Shown here in pieces: positions 48,243 to 57,692 of a stretch of 64,000 bases of DNA. The position numbers were made by a program, and so were the translations under genes. The stretch covers positions 1,824,001 through 1,888,000 of the forward strand of contig OZ252098.1 of assembly GCA_965248355.1 (NCBI GenBank), read 5' to 3'. The stretch's first letter is position 1. Each line of letters begins with the position of its first letter. Under the pieces are notes generated by a model. It was not told where the DNA came from and did not search any database. It worked only from the letters and a program-made list of their open reading frames with translations. This stretch comes from Candidatus Latescibacterota bacterium (GTDB lineage Bacteria; Latescibacterota; UBA2968; UBA8231).

Positions 48243-48935
48243 TCATCTCTTGGCCGCTTCGTGTTTCACCATGGAGCCCATGGCCCGGTACATCGCCCAC
48301 AGGGACAACCACACCCAGGCGCCGGCGATGGGGTACGCCAGCCACGGCAGGCCGAGGTACGCCGCCAGGATGCCGGCGTCGGTGCGCCCGGCGAACCACC
48401 ACAGGTCGGTGCGGAAGTCGTGCAGGCTGTAGAGACAGAGCATCACCCCCAGCCACACGGCCCCGGCCGATCCCGACCGGGCCGAGTACACGGCCGTGCA
48501 GATCAGGACCAGGCCGCCGCCGATCCCGAGGTAGAAGTCGAGCCCCCCCGCGGGCGTGAAGGCCAGGGTCATGCCCAGGGTCACGGCGCCCACGAGAAGC
48601 AGGCCCAGGCGCTGCAGCTGGGGCAGCACGCCGGACCAGATCAGGGCGGCGCCCACGAGGGCGGAGCCCAGGTACCCGGCCGACGCGATGACGACCGGCC
48701 AGCCGCCCCGGGAGAGGGTGTAGCCGTGCTCCCCCCAGGCGGTGCGCATCTCGAGAACCTCGCCGCCCGTGACCACCGCGGCGGCGGCGTGGCAGACCTC
48801 GTGGACCATGACCACGAAGACGCGGAAGGGCTTGATCCAGGCGGTATCCCACAGCAGCAGGGCGGCGGCGGCGCAGGCCAGGTGAAAGCGGAAACGCCAC
48901 AGGATCCGGGCCCCGCGGCGGACCCCGTTCCCCAC
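48243..48935 (-). CDS. M50B-like membrane metallopeptidase
   Basis: VMVHEVCHA, IASAGYLGS, TDAGILA; hydrophobic helices. GTG start inferred. Confidence 0.85.
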   Translation of the reverse strand: MGNGVRRGARILWRFRFHLACAAAALLLWDTAWIKPFRVFVVMVHEVCHAAAAVVTGGEVLEMRTAWGEHGYTLSRGGWPVVIASAGYLGSALVGAALIWSGVLPQLQRLGLLLVGAVTLGMTLAFTPAGGLDFYLGIGGGLVLICTAVYSARSGSAGAVWLGVMLCLYSLHDFRTDLWWFAGRTDAGILAAYLGLPWLAYPIAGAWVWLSLWAMYRAMGSMVKHEAAKR

Positions 48936-48940
48936 CGGGG

Positions 48941-50863
48941 CTATTCCGGCGCCCGCGAGGCGATGCGGCCGGCGATCAGGGCCACCGCCTCGTCCACCGC
49001 CATGGGATCGAGGGTCTGCCCGCTGCGCAGGCGGAGGGCCGCTTGGCCGTCCTCCATCTCGCGGTCGCCGAGGACCAGCATGAAGGGCACCTTCTGCTTC
49101 TGCGCCGCGCGGATCCGGTAGTTCAGGCTCTGATCCTCGTGCAGCTCGGCGCGCACCCCGACCGCGGTCAGGGCGCCGCACATGCGGGCCCCGTACTCGG
49201 CGTGGCGCTCGGCGATGGGCAGCACCGCCGCCTGCACCGGCGCCAGCCACGGCGGGAAGGCGCCGGCGTAGTGCTCGATCAGGAAGCCGATCGTGCGCTC
49301 GTGAGTTCCCAACGTGGCGCGGTGGATGCAGATCGGCGTCTCCTCCCTGCCCTCGGCGCTGGTGTAGACCAGGCCGAAGCGGCCCGGCACCGCGAAGTCG
49401 ACCTGGTTGGTGGCGATGGAGAACTCGCGGCCGATGGCGCTCCAGACCTCGACGTCGATCTTGGGCCCGTAGAAGGCCGCCTCCCCGGCGACCTCGACGT
49501 GGTTGATGCCGCCGTTGGCCAGGGCGCGGCGCACCCTCTCCTCGGTCTCGAGCCAGAGCTCCGGCTCGCCCACGTATTTCCGGCCCAGCTCCTCCGGGTC
49601 GTGGGTGCTGAAACGCATCACGTACTTGTCGATGCCGAAAAGCTCGAAGTAGCCGAGGTACATGCGGCAGACGGCGAGGAACTCCTCCTCGAACTGGTCG
49701 AGGGTGCAGTAGATGTGGGCGTCGTTCATCTGCATGGAGCGCACCCGCATCAGCCCGAAAAGCTCCCCGGACTGCTCGTAGCGGTAGCAGGTGCCGTACT
49801 CGGCCAGGCGCAGGGGCAGGTCGCGGTAGCTGCGCGGAAGCGAGGCGAAGACCTTGTGGTGGTGGGGGCAGTTCATCGGCTTGAGGTAGTACTTCACCCC
49901 CTCCAGCTCCATGGGAGGGAACATCGACTCGGCGTAGTAGGGCAGGTGGCCGCTACGCACGAACATCGCGTCCTTGCAGATGTGGGGGGTGCGCACCTGC
50001 AGGTACCCGGCCTCGCGCTCCGTCTCCTTCGCCAGCCGTTCCAGCTCCTCGATCAGGATCGTCCCCTTCGGCTGCCACAGGGGCAGGCCCGGGCCCACCT
50101 CGTCGTCGAAGAAGAACAGCTCCAGCTCCCGCCCGAGGCGGCGGTGGTCCCGCTTCTTCGCCTCCTCCAGCATCTTCAGGTGGCGGTCGAGGGCCTCGCG
50201 GCTGGCGAAGGCGGTGCCGTAGATGCGCTGCAGCATCTTGTTGCCCTCGTCGCCGCGCCAGTAGGCGCCGGCGACGCTGAGCAGCTTGTAGTGGCGGACC
50301 TGTCCCGTGCTCAGCACGTGGGGCCCGCGGCAGAGGTCGACGAAGTCGCCGTCGCGGTAGAAGGTGAGGGACTCGTCCGCCTCGAGGTCGTCGAGGATCT
50401 CCAGCTTGTAGGGCTCGTCCCGCAGGCGGCGGCGGGCCTCGTCGCGGCTCACCTCCTCGCGCTCGAAGCGGTGGTTCTGGCGGACCACCCGCTTCATCTC
50501 CTTCTCGATCCGCCCCAGGTCCTCGGCGCTGAAGGGCTCGGGCACGTCGAAGTCGTAGTAGAAGCCGTCGTCGATGGCCGGGCCGATGGCCAGCCGGGCC
50601 CCGGGGAAGAGCCGGCGGACGGCCTGGGCCAGCACGTGGGACAGGCTGTGACGGTAGACCCGGCCCGCCTCCTCGGCCTCCCAGGGGACGAGCTGGACCT
50701 CGGCGGAGGCCTCCAGCTCGGTATGGAAGTCGATCCACTCGTCGTCCCGGCGGGCGGCCACGAACTCCCGCAGCAGCTTCCGGTCGTGCTCGAGGAGGAT
50801 CTCCTTGAGGCGGCCTCCCCCCTCGTGCTCGAGCACCTCCTGTTCGCGGATCCGGATCCTCAC
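48941..50863 (-). CDS. thrS: Threonine--tRNA ligase
   Basis: RHSLSHVLAQA, DLCRGPH, AGAYWRG, RDHRRLG, KPMNCPHH, AAFYGPKID, IHRA. GTG start after AGGAG. Confidence 0.97.
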   Translation of the reverse strand: MRIRIREQEVLEHEGGGRLKEILLEHDRKLLREFVAARRDDEWIDFHTELEASAEVQLVPWEAEEAGRVYRHSLSHVLAQAVRRLFPGARLAIGPAIDDGFYYDFDVPEPFSAEDLGRIEKEMKRVVRQNHRFEREEVSRDEARRRLRDEPYKLEILDDLEADESLTFYRDGDFVDLCRGPHVLSTGQVRHYKLLSVAGAYWRGDEGNKMLQRIYGTAFASREALDRHLKMLEEAKKRDHRRLGRELELFFFDDEVGPGLPLWQPKGTILIEELERLAKETEREAGYLQVRTPHICKDAMFVRSGHLPYYAESMFPPMELEGVKYYLKPMNCPHHHKVFASLPRSYRDLPLRLAEYGTCYRYEQSGELFGLMRVRSMQMNDAHIYCTLDQFEEEFLAVCRMYLGYFELFGIDKYVMRFSTHDPEELGRKYVGEPELWLETEERVRRALANGGINHVEVAGEAAFYGPKIDVEVWSAIGREFSIATNQVDFAVPGRFGLVYTSAEGREETPICIHRATLGTHERTIGFLIEHYAGAFPPWLAPVQAAVLPIAERHAEYGARMCGALTAVGVRAELHEDQSLNYRIRAAQKQKVPFMLVLGDREMEDGQAALRLRSGQTLDPMAVDEAVALIAGRIASRAPE

Positions 50864-50881
50864 ACCTCGCTCCTGTCCGTC

Positions 50882-50921
50882 AAGAGAAAAGCCCACTGTC
50901 GGTCGGTATCGACAGCGGGCT
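50882..50921 (-). terminator. Intrinsic terminator in the thrS leader (attenuator)
   Basis: AGCCCGCUGUCG / CGACAGUGGGCU 12-bp stem followed by UUUCUCUU, 19 nt before the thrS start. Confidence 0.8.
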
Positions 50922-51101
50922 CTCTCGGAAGTCTTCGGTCGGGAATCGCTTATCCCGGAGGGTCCACCGTCGAATGTCGGTCACGGGTACCCGTGACGGG
51001 CGAAGTCGTTCCGGGAGTGGAGGTCTCCCGGCGCGAGGGGCGCCCCGCCCGGCGACGGCTTTCATCGGCTCCCGGTAGCCGCCCTTCCCGAGGAATGTCA
51101 A
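50882..51101 (-). promoter_or_regulatory. Candidate Thr-rich leader-peptide transcription attenuator of thrS
   Basis: TTGACA at 51101-51096. Frame ETSTPGTTSPVTGTRDRHSTVDPPG* (7 Thr codons, stop at 50950). Antiterminator CGACGGUGG (50972-50964) complements the terminator 5' arm. Confidence 0.65.
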
Positions 51102-51561
51102 ACCGGCCGCGGCGTCTCGACGACGGCGATCGGGTCGCCTCGGCGGATGCGTCCGCTGCGCTCCACGGGGCCGAAGACACCGCCGCGCATCCGCGGGCTC
51201 AGGGCCTCCCGCAGGCCCACGGCCTGCAGTTCCATCTGGTCGCAGGGAACGGTCTCGCCGCGCACCAGCATCTCGGCGTCGCCGATGCGCAGCCTGCGGC
51301 CCACGAGGGAGCCCAGGTCGAGGCCGCGGACCACGAGATTGGCGCGCCTGGCCCGCGGCGGCAGGTCGGCGCCCATCCCTCCCATGGCCTCTTCCCAGGC
51401 CTCGACGGAGAGCAGGGTCACGGCCCTGGACGGGTTGCGGCGGTGATCTCCCGCCAGCCCCACGCCGGAGACGGCGATCGCCTCCTCGCACTCCCGGGCC
51501 GGCGCCCGGCGCTCCGGGTACACGAGGATCTCCTCGACCCTCCCGGACGGCGGCGCCCCGC

Positions 51562-51565
<4 letters not shown>
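51098..51565 (-). CDS. MOSC domain protein
   Basis: GLAGD, RAVTL, RRANLVVRG, PCDQM, RGGV...GRIRRGD. GTGA overlap with the upstream stop. Confidence 0.88.
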
Positions 51566-53196
<1,631 letters not shown>

Positions 53197-53287
53197 GCCT
53201 CTCCTCGGATAAGCCGTTCTCCGTCGGGCCGGCATCTCACCGCGGACCGGCCCTTCTCCCCCGGGCGCTCACCAGCCGGCGAGTCCA

Positions 53288-54811
53288 TCATCCATCGATC
53301 CCCACCAGCGCTGCCAGGAGTTGCCGCGCCTGGGGCCGGGAGAGCCCCGCCTCGCGGGCGGCCCCGCGCAGCAGCTCCTCGGAGGTGGCCGTGCGCCGCT
53401 CCTCGAAGAGCCTGCGGCCCCGGGCGCTCAGGGCGCGCGCGAAGAGACCCACCGCCCCGGCCTCGAGATCCAGCCTCCCGGCGGCCCGGGCGTACCAGGC
53501 CAGGGCGCTCTCGTCCTCCCGTTCTTCCAGGTGCTTCAGCAGGTCCACGAGGAACCGCCGCGCCTGGATGCGGCCTCCCCCGGCGGCGTCGGCCATGTCG
53601 ACGACGAAGATGTCGACCCGCACGCTGAGCTTGTCGACGACGATGCGCCGCAGGTGGCGGCGCAGCACGATGCAGTAGGAATCGACCTGGGCCTCCGAGA
53701 GGCGGCTGTCCCGCTCCAGCCGGCGGATCCAGTCGGGGGCCCGGGTGGCGGCCCGGCGGGCGAGGAGCTGGCGGTTCAGGCGCGCCCTCAGGGAGCCCTG
53801 CCCGCGGTCCTGGCCGCCGGCGGAGGCGACGGTCCCGTCGCCGCTCGACGCCGCGGCGGCGGGGGCGCCGGGCGCCGGGGCCGTGGCCGCCGCGATGCCC
53901 GGGGAGGGCTCGGTCGGCGGCCCGGTGGAGGGCGTCGTGGAAGCCGGGGCCGCCGGCGGCGAGTCGGCCGCCGCCGCATCGGCCCGGCGCGAGCGTTCGA
54001 TGGCCCGCTGAAGGCGCGCGTCGGGGGCCGCCTCGGCCACCCTCACGGTCCGGTCCTTGACCTTCTGCTCGGGCTCCGGCCTGGGGCGCAGCCCCTCCGG
54101 CCGCCCCTTCAGCACCAGATGGCCCTGCCACCAGATCCAGCGGCCTCGGCCGCTGCGGATCTTGCCGCCCACCGGCTGGCCAGGCTGGTCGGAGTCGACG
54201 AACAGGAAGAGGGCGTCGAACTCGTCCCCGGGCTGCGGGTAGGCATCGAGCCACGTCCAGGGCAGGGCCACCTCGAAGGTGCGCGCCCGGCCCCGGGTGC
54301 GCCCGGCCACCTCCACCGGAGGGCGCTCCACCGGCAACCGGCGCTGGCGCCCGCCCCACCAGTAGGGCCGGGACCCGCCGCCCTCCGGACCGTCGCCGGC
54401 CGGGGGGGCGAACCACAGGTTGTAGCCGGCGTCGGCCCCGGGCTCGCGGACGAAGAGCTTCATGTGATCGTAGTAGAACATGCGGTCCTTGCGCTCGCCG
54501 GAGGGCCCGTGCCACTCGCGCCGGCCGGGCGGGATCCACCCGGCGTCGAGGGTGTCGTCGTGGACGGCCGCCGCCACGTAGAGATAGCGGGCGTCCCACT
54601 GCACGAGGACGACCGCCTCGTGGTCGAGAGCGTCCGGGAACACCCCGCGAAGCCCGACCCCGTCGGCGGCGGGCTCCACCGGGATCCAGGCGGCCTCCCC
54701 CCACTCGCGCAGATCGCCGTCGAGGGTCACCGGACGCGACGGCAGGGGCACCTCCACGGCCGCCGCCGGCCCCGCCAGCAGCAGGGCGAAGAGGGCGCTG
54801 AAGCGGCTCAG
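53288..54811 (-). CDS. Secreted protein with CBM9-like domain, Pro/Ala linker and helical C-terminal domain (probable CTG start)
   Basis: Signal-like LSRFSALFALLLAGPAAA; TLDGDLREW, QWDARYLYVAAAVHDD, FEVALPW. CTGA overlap with the upstream stop and a GGAGG RBS. Confidence 0.7.
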   Translation of the reverse strand: MSRFSALFALLLAGPAAAVEVPLPSRPVTLDGDLREWGEAAWIPVEPAADGVGLRGVFPDALDHEAVVLVQWDARYLYVAAAVHDDTLDAGWIPPGRREWHGPSGERKDRMFYYDHMKLFVREPGADAGYNLWFAPPAGDGPEGGGSRPYWWGGRQRRLPVERPPVEVAGRTRGRARTFEVALPWTWLDAYPQPGDEFDALFLFVDSDQPGQPVGGKIRSGRGRWIWWQGHLVLKGRPEGLRPRPEPEQKVKDRTVRVAEAAPDARLQRAIERSRRADAAAADSPPAAPASTTPSTGPPTEPSPGIAAATAPAPGAPAAAASSGDGTVASAGGQDRGQGSLRARLNRQLLARRAATRAPDWIRRLERDSRLSEAQVDSYCIVLRRHLRRIVVDKLSVRVDIFVVDMADAAGGGRIQARRFLVDLLKHLEEREDESALAWYARAAGRLDLEAGAVGLFARALSARGRRLFEERRTATSEELLRGAAREAGLSRPQARQLLAALVGIDG

Positions 54812-55338
54812 CCTCCGGCCTCCCGCCTGCGCGAGACCGCCCAGGTCTCGTCGTGGTCGACCAGGTCCACCTGGTGCACGCCGCCGGGGAACCACGACTG
54901 CAGGTCCAGGTAGCCCTGCTGCATCTCCTCGTCCGGATAGACCCAGTCGTGCAGGTAGTGGACGGCGGAGATCCGCGCCTGCAGCAGCTCCTTGGTGCAG
55001 CCGAAGCAGGGGCGCATGGTGGAGTACAGGACCGCCCCTTCGGTGGCGATGCCGAAGCGCGCCGCCGTGAGCAGGGCGTTCTGCTCGGCGTGGACGCAGA
55101 TGCAGATGTCGTAGGCCCGCCCCGAGACGTAGCGCTCGCGGTCGGCGCACCGGGCGCACCCCCCCTGGGTGCAGTTGGTCATGTTCGCCGGCGTGCCGTT
55201 GTACCCGGTGGAGATGATGCGGTCCTCCAGCACCATGACCGCCCCGATGCGGTTGCCGAGACAGTCGGCGCGGGCTCTCACGGCCATGGCGATGCCCATG
55301 TAGTAGTCGCCCCGCTCCGGACGGACGTGGGCGTTCAC
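54808..55338 (-). CDS. dCMP deaminase / ComEB family protein
   Basis: ISTGYNGTP, HAEQNA, PCFGC zinc motifs. Confidence 0.92.
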   Translation of the reverse strand: MNAHVRPERGDYYMGIAMAVRARADCLGNRIGAVMVLEDRIISTGYNGTPANMTNCTQGGCARCADRERYVSGRAYDICICVHAEQNALLTAARFGIATEGAVLYSTMRPCFGCTKELLQARISAVHYLHDWVYPDEEMQQGYLDLQSWFPGGVHQVDLVDHDETWAVSRRREAGG

Positions 55339-55450
55339 GGCAGGCCGTCCGGCGGGCTCATTTGCCGCCGGTCCGGCCCGGTCGGATACTTAGCGCCAGC
55401 CTCTCTCACCCTTGTCTCACCCCTCGTCGCCTCGTGCGAAGGAGGTGCCG

Positions 55451-55582
55451 TTGAACCCTCGCGAGCAGCGGATCATGGTCGCCATCGCCGCGGTGGCCGC
55501 CCTCTACTTCTTCGAATTCAACGCCCTGTACCTGTTCGGCATCGCCGGCGTCATCTACATCATCCTGCGCAACCGCACCTGA
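55451..55582 (+). CDS. 43-aa small membrane protein (below the ORF-track cutoff)
   Basis: AAGGAGGT RBS, TTG start, MNPREQRIMVAIAAVAALYFFEFNALYLFGIAGVIYIILRNRT*. Near-total GC3 codon usage. Confidence 0.75.
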   Translation: MNPREQRIMVAIAAVAALYFFEFNALYLFGIAGVIYIILRNRT

Positions 55583-55610
55583 CGGCGAAGCCCCCGGCGC
55601 CGTGTCCAAC

Positions 55611-56120
55611 CTAGACCTCGCCCCGCCGACGCGCTTCCAGATGCCGGCGGATGTCCGTCAGCCGTTTGCGTCCCAACCCCTTCACCTCGTCCAGGCCGCC
55701 GGCCTCCAGGCGCCGCTCCAGGGCCTCGAGCCCGTCGATGCCGAGGCCCAGGTACAGGGTGCGCGCCATCTTCGCGCCGAGGCCGGGGATGTCGCGAAGC
55801 TCGAGGACCGACTCGGGCACCCGCCCCTTCCAGTCCTCCCACTTGCCGCAGGTCCCGGTGTCGACGATCTCGGTGAGCAGCGCCTGGATCGTGGGTCCCA
55901 CGCCGGGCAGCTCCTTCAGCCGGCCCTCGTGCCTCAGCCTCTCCACCGACTCGGGCCAGCGGCTGACGGTGTGCGACAGCCTCTTGTAGACCGTGGCGTG
56001 CGACTCCTCGTAGCCGCCGATGACGAGGTAGTCGGCGAGGCGTGAGAGCCGGTCGGCGACGCGCTCGTTCAGCTCCCACCGTGTGCGCCCCTTCCCGTCC
56101 GTGTGCGAACGGTCCTCCAT
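55611..56120 (-). CDS. Stand-alone PolX N-terminal (8-kDa / helix-hairpin-helix) protein
   Basis: NERVADRLSRLADY, LKELPGVGPTI, LRDIPGLGAKMA, LDEVKGLGRK. No polymerase or PHP domain. Confidence 0.8.
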   Translation of the reverse strand: MEDRSHTDGKGRTRWELNERVADRLSRLADYLVIGGYEESHATVYKRLSHTVSRWPESVERLRHEGRLKELPGVGPTIQALLTEIVDTGTCGKWEDWKGRVPESVLELRDIPGLGAKMARTLYLGLGIDGLEALERRLEAGGLDEVKGLGRKRLTDIRRHLEARRRGEV

Positions 56121-56245
56121 GGGGCCGCTCACGCCCGGCCCCTCGGGATCCGGCGGCCCTCGAACGACTCCGACATGATCATCATCGGATCGAGAAGATA
56201 CGCACTCCGGGTCCGGCCGGGATACCCGATCGGGGTACCGGACGG

Positions 56246-57649
56246 CTGACCGCGCCGCGTCGTGTCCTGCTCTGGCCGGCCGTGGCCCTGGTGATCGGTA
56301 GCCACCCCGAGGCCTGGCCGCAGGCTGCCCCGCAGGAGCGCGTGGCCAACACCAGCCTGCTCGTCGACCTGACCGCCGGACCTCCTCCCGCCACGATCTC
56401 GGCCTCCGGCCTCTACAGCGACATCGAGGCCCGAACACCCTCTTCCGGACTGATCCCGTTCTCCGTCAACTCGCCCCTGTGGTCGGACGGCGCCCACAAG
56501 GTCCGCTACCTCGCCCTGCCGGGCCTGTCCCGGATCGAGTTCTCCCGCGACGGCCATTGGCGGTTCCCGCCCAACACCGTCCTGGTGAAGAGCTTCTACC
56601 TGGACATGGTGCGGGGCGATCCCTCGTCGCGGCGGATCGTGGAGACCCGGCTGCTGATCAGGGCCGGCGAGAGCGAGCGCTGGGAGGGCTTCAGCTACCG
56701 CTGGAACGAGGCCGGCACCGACGCGGAGCTGCTCATCCCCGGGGGCACCGGACGCTACGAGATCGTCGATCCGGAGGCCCCCGGAGGCCGCTCCCAGGTG
56801 GACTACATCTTCCCCGCCACCGAGGACTGCAGCCGCTGCCACACCCCGCAGGTGGGGCAGGTGCTCGGGGTGCGCACGGCCCAGCTCAACGGCCTGCACG
56901 ACTACGGCGGCCCCCTCGCCCACCAGCTGGAGGTCTGGAAGGAACTCGGCCTGTTCACCGAGGAGATCGGCGGCGGCTTCGAGGGGTTCCCGCGCTGGGA
57001 GGACCCCGCCGACGCCTCCGCGCCGCTGGCCGGACGGGCGAGGTCCTACCTGGCCGCCAACTGCGCCCACTGCCACCGGCCCGGCGGCCTGCGGCGCACC
57101 GAGATCGACCTGCGCTACGAGACCGGGCTGGCGGCCACGGGCATGGTGAACGCGCCCCCCAACCTCGACGTGGACGGCGTCGACCGGCGCATCCTCCTGC
57201 CCGGGGGCGCGGCCAACTCCGTCCTGGTCCTGCGCATGCTGGTTCTCGACGACCGGCGCATGCCGCCCCTGGCCTCGGGGATCGTCGATGTGGAAGCGGT
57301 TCGCCTGGTCTCGCGCTGGATCGATGGCCTGGGCGCGCCAACCGCCATCTCCGCCCCGCCCGCGGCCCCGGCCGCCGCGACCCTGGTGAGTGGCCATCCC
57401 AACCCCTTCAACGCCTCCACGACGATCATCTGCACCCTGGCCCGGGGGGGCCGGGTGGACCTCGCCGTCCACGACGTCACCGGCCGGCGGATCCGCACCC
57501 TGGTCTCCTCCCGGCTGGCGGCGGGCCCTCACCACGTCCGGTGGGACGGCCTCGACGACAGGGGCGCGCCGGCGGCCAGCGGCGTCTACCTCGTGCGCCT
57601 GCGGACCGCCGCCGAATCCCGCACCTTCAAGCTGACCCTGCTCCGATGA
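56246..57649 (+). CDS. Diheme c-type cytochrome (SO2930-like) with C-terminal FlgD-Ig/T9SS-like domain
   Basis: SPLWSDGAHKVR, IVETRLL, CSRCH, NCAHCH, RMPPL, then PNPFNAST...WDGLDDRGAPAASGVYLVRL. Start codon uncertain. Confidence 0.8.
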   Translation: MTAPRRVLLWPAVALVIGSHPEAWPQAAPQERVANTSLLVDLTAGPPPATISASGLYSDIEARTPSSGLIPFSVNSPLWSDGAHKVRYLALPGLSRIEFSRDGHWRFPPNTVLVKSFYLDMVRGDPSSRRIVETRLLIRAGESERWEGFSYRWNEAGTDAELLIPGGTGRYEIVDPEAPGGRSQVDYIFPATEDCSRCHTPQVGQVLGVRTAQLNGLHDYGGPLAHQLEVWKELGLFTEEIGGGFEGFPRWEDPADASAPLAGRARSYLAANCAHCHRPGGLRRTEIDLRYETGLAATGMVNAPPNLDVDGVDRRILLPGGAANSVLVLRMLVLDDRRMPPLASGIVDVEAVRLVSRWIDGLGAPTAISAPPAAPAAATLVSGHPNPFNASTTIICTLARGGRVDLAVHDVTGRRIRTLVSSRLAAGPHHVRWDGLDDRGAPAASGVYLVRLRTAAESRTFKLTLLR

Positions 57650-57692
57650 CGCGCGCCGCCGGCAGATGGCCGCGCCCTGCGAAAGGAGATCC

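Noticed and set aside
50950..51065. T-box riboswitch before thrS (GGUGGACC resembles the T-box)
   Set aside because: It lacks the GGUGGNACCGCG spacing and a recognisable Stem I. The same bases pair fully with the terminator arm, and the Thr-codon run explains the layout better. Not formally excluded without an Rfam scan.
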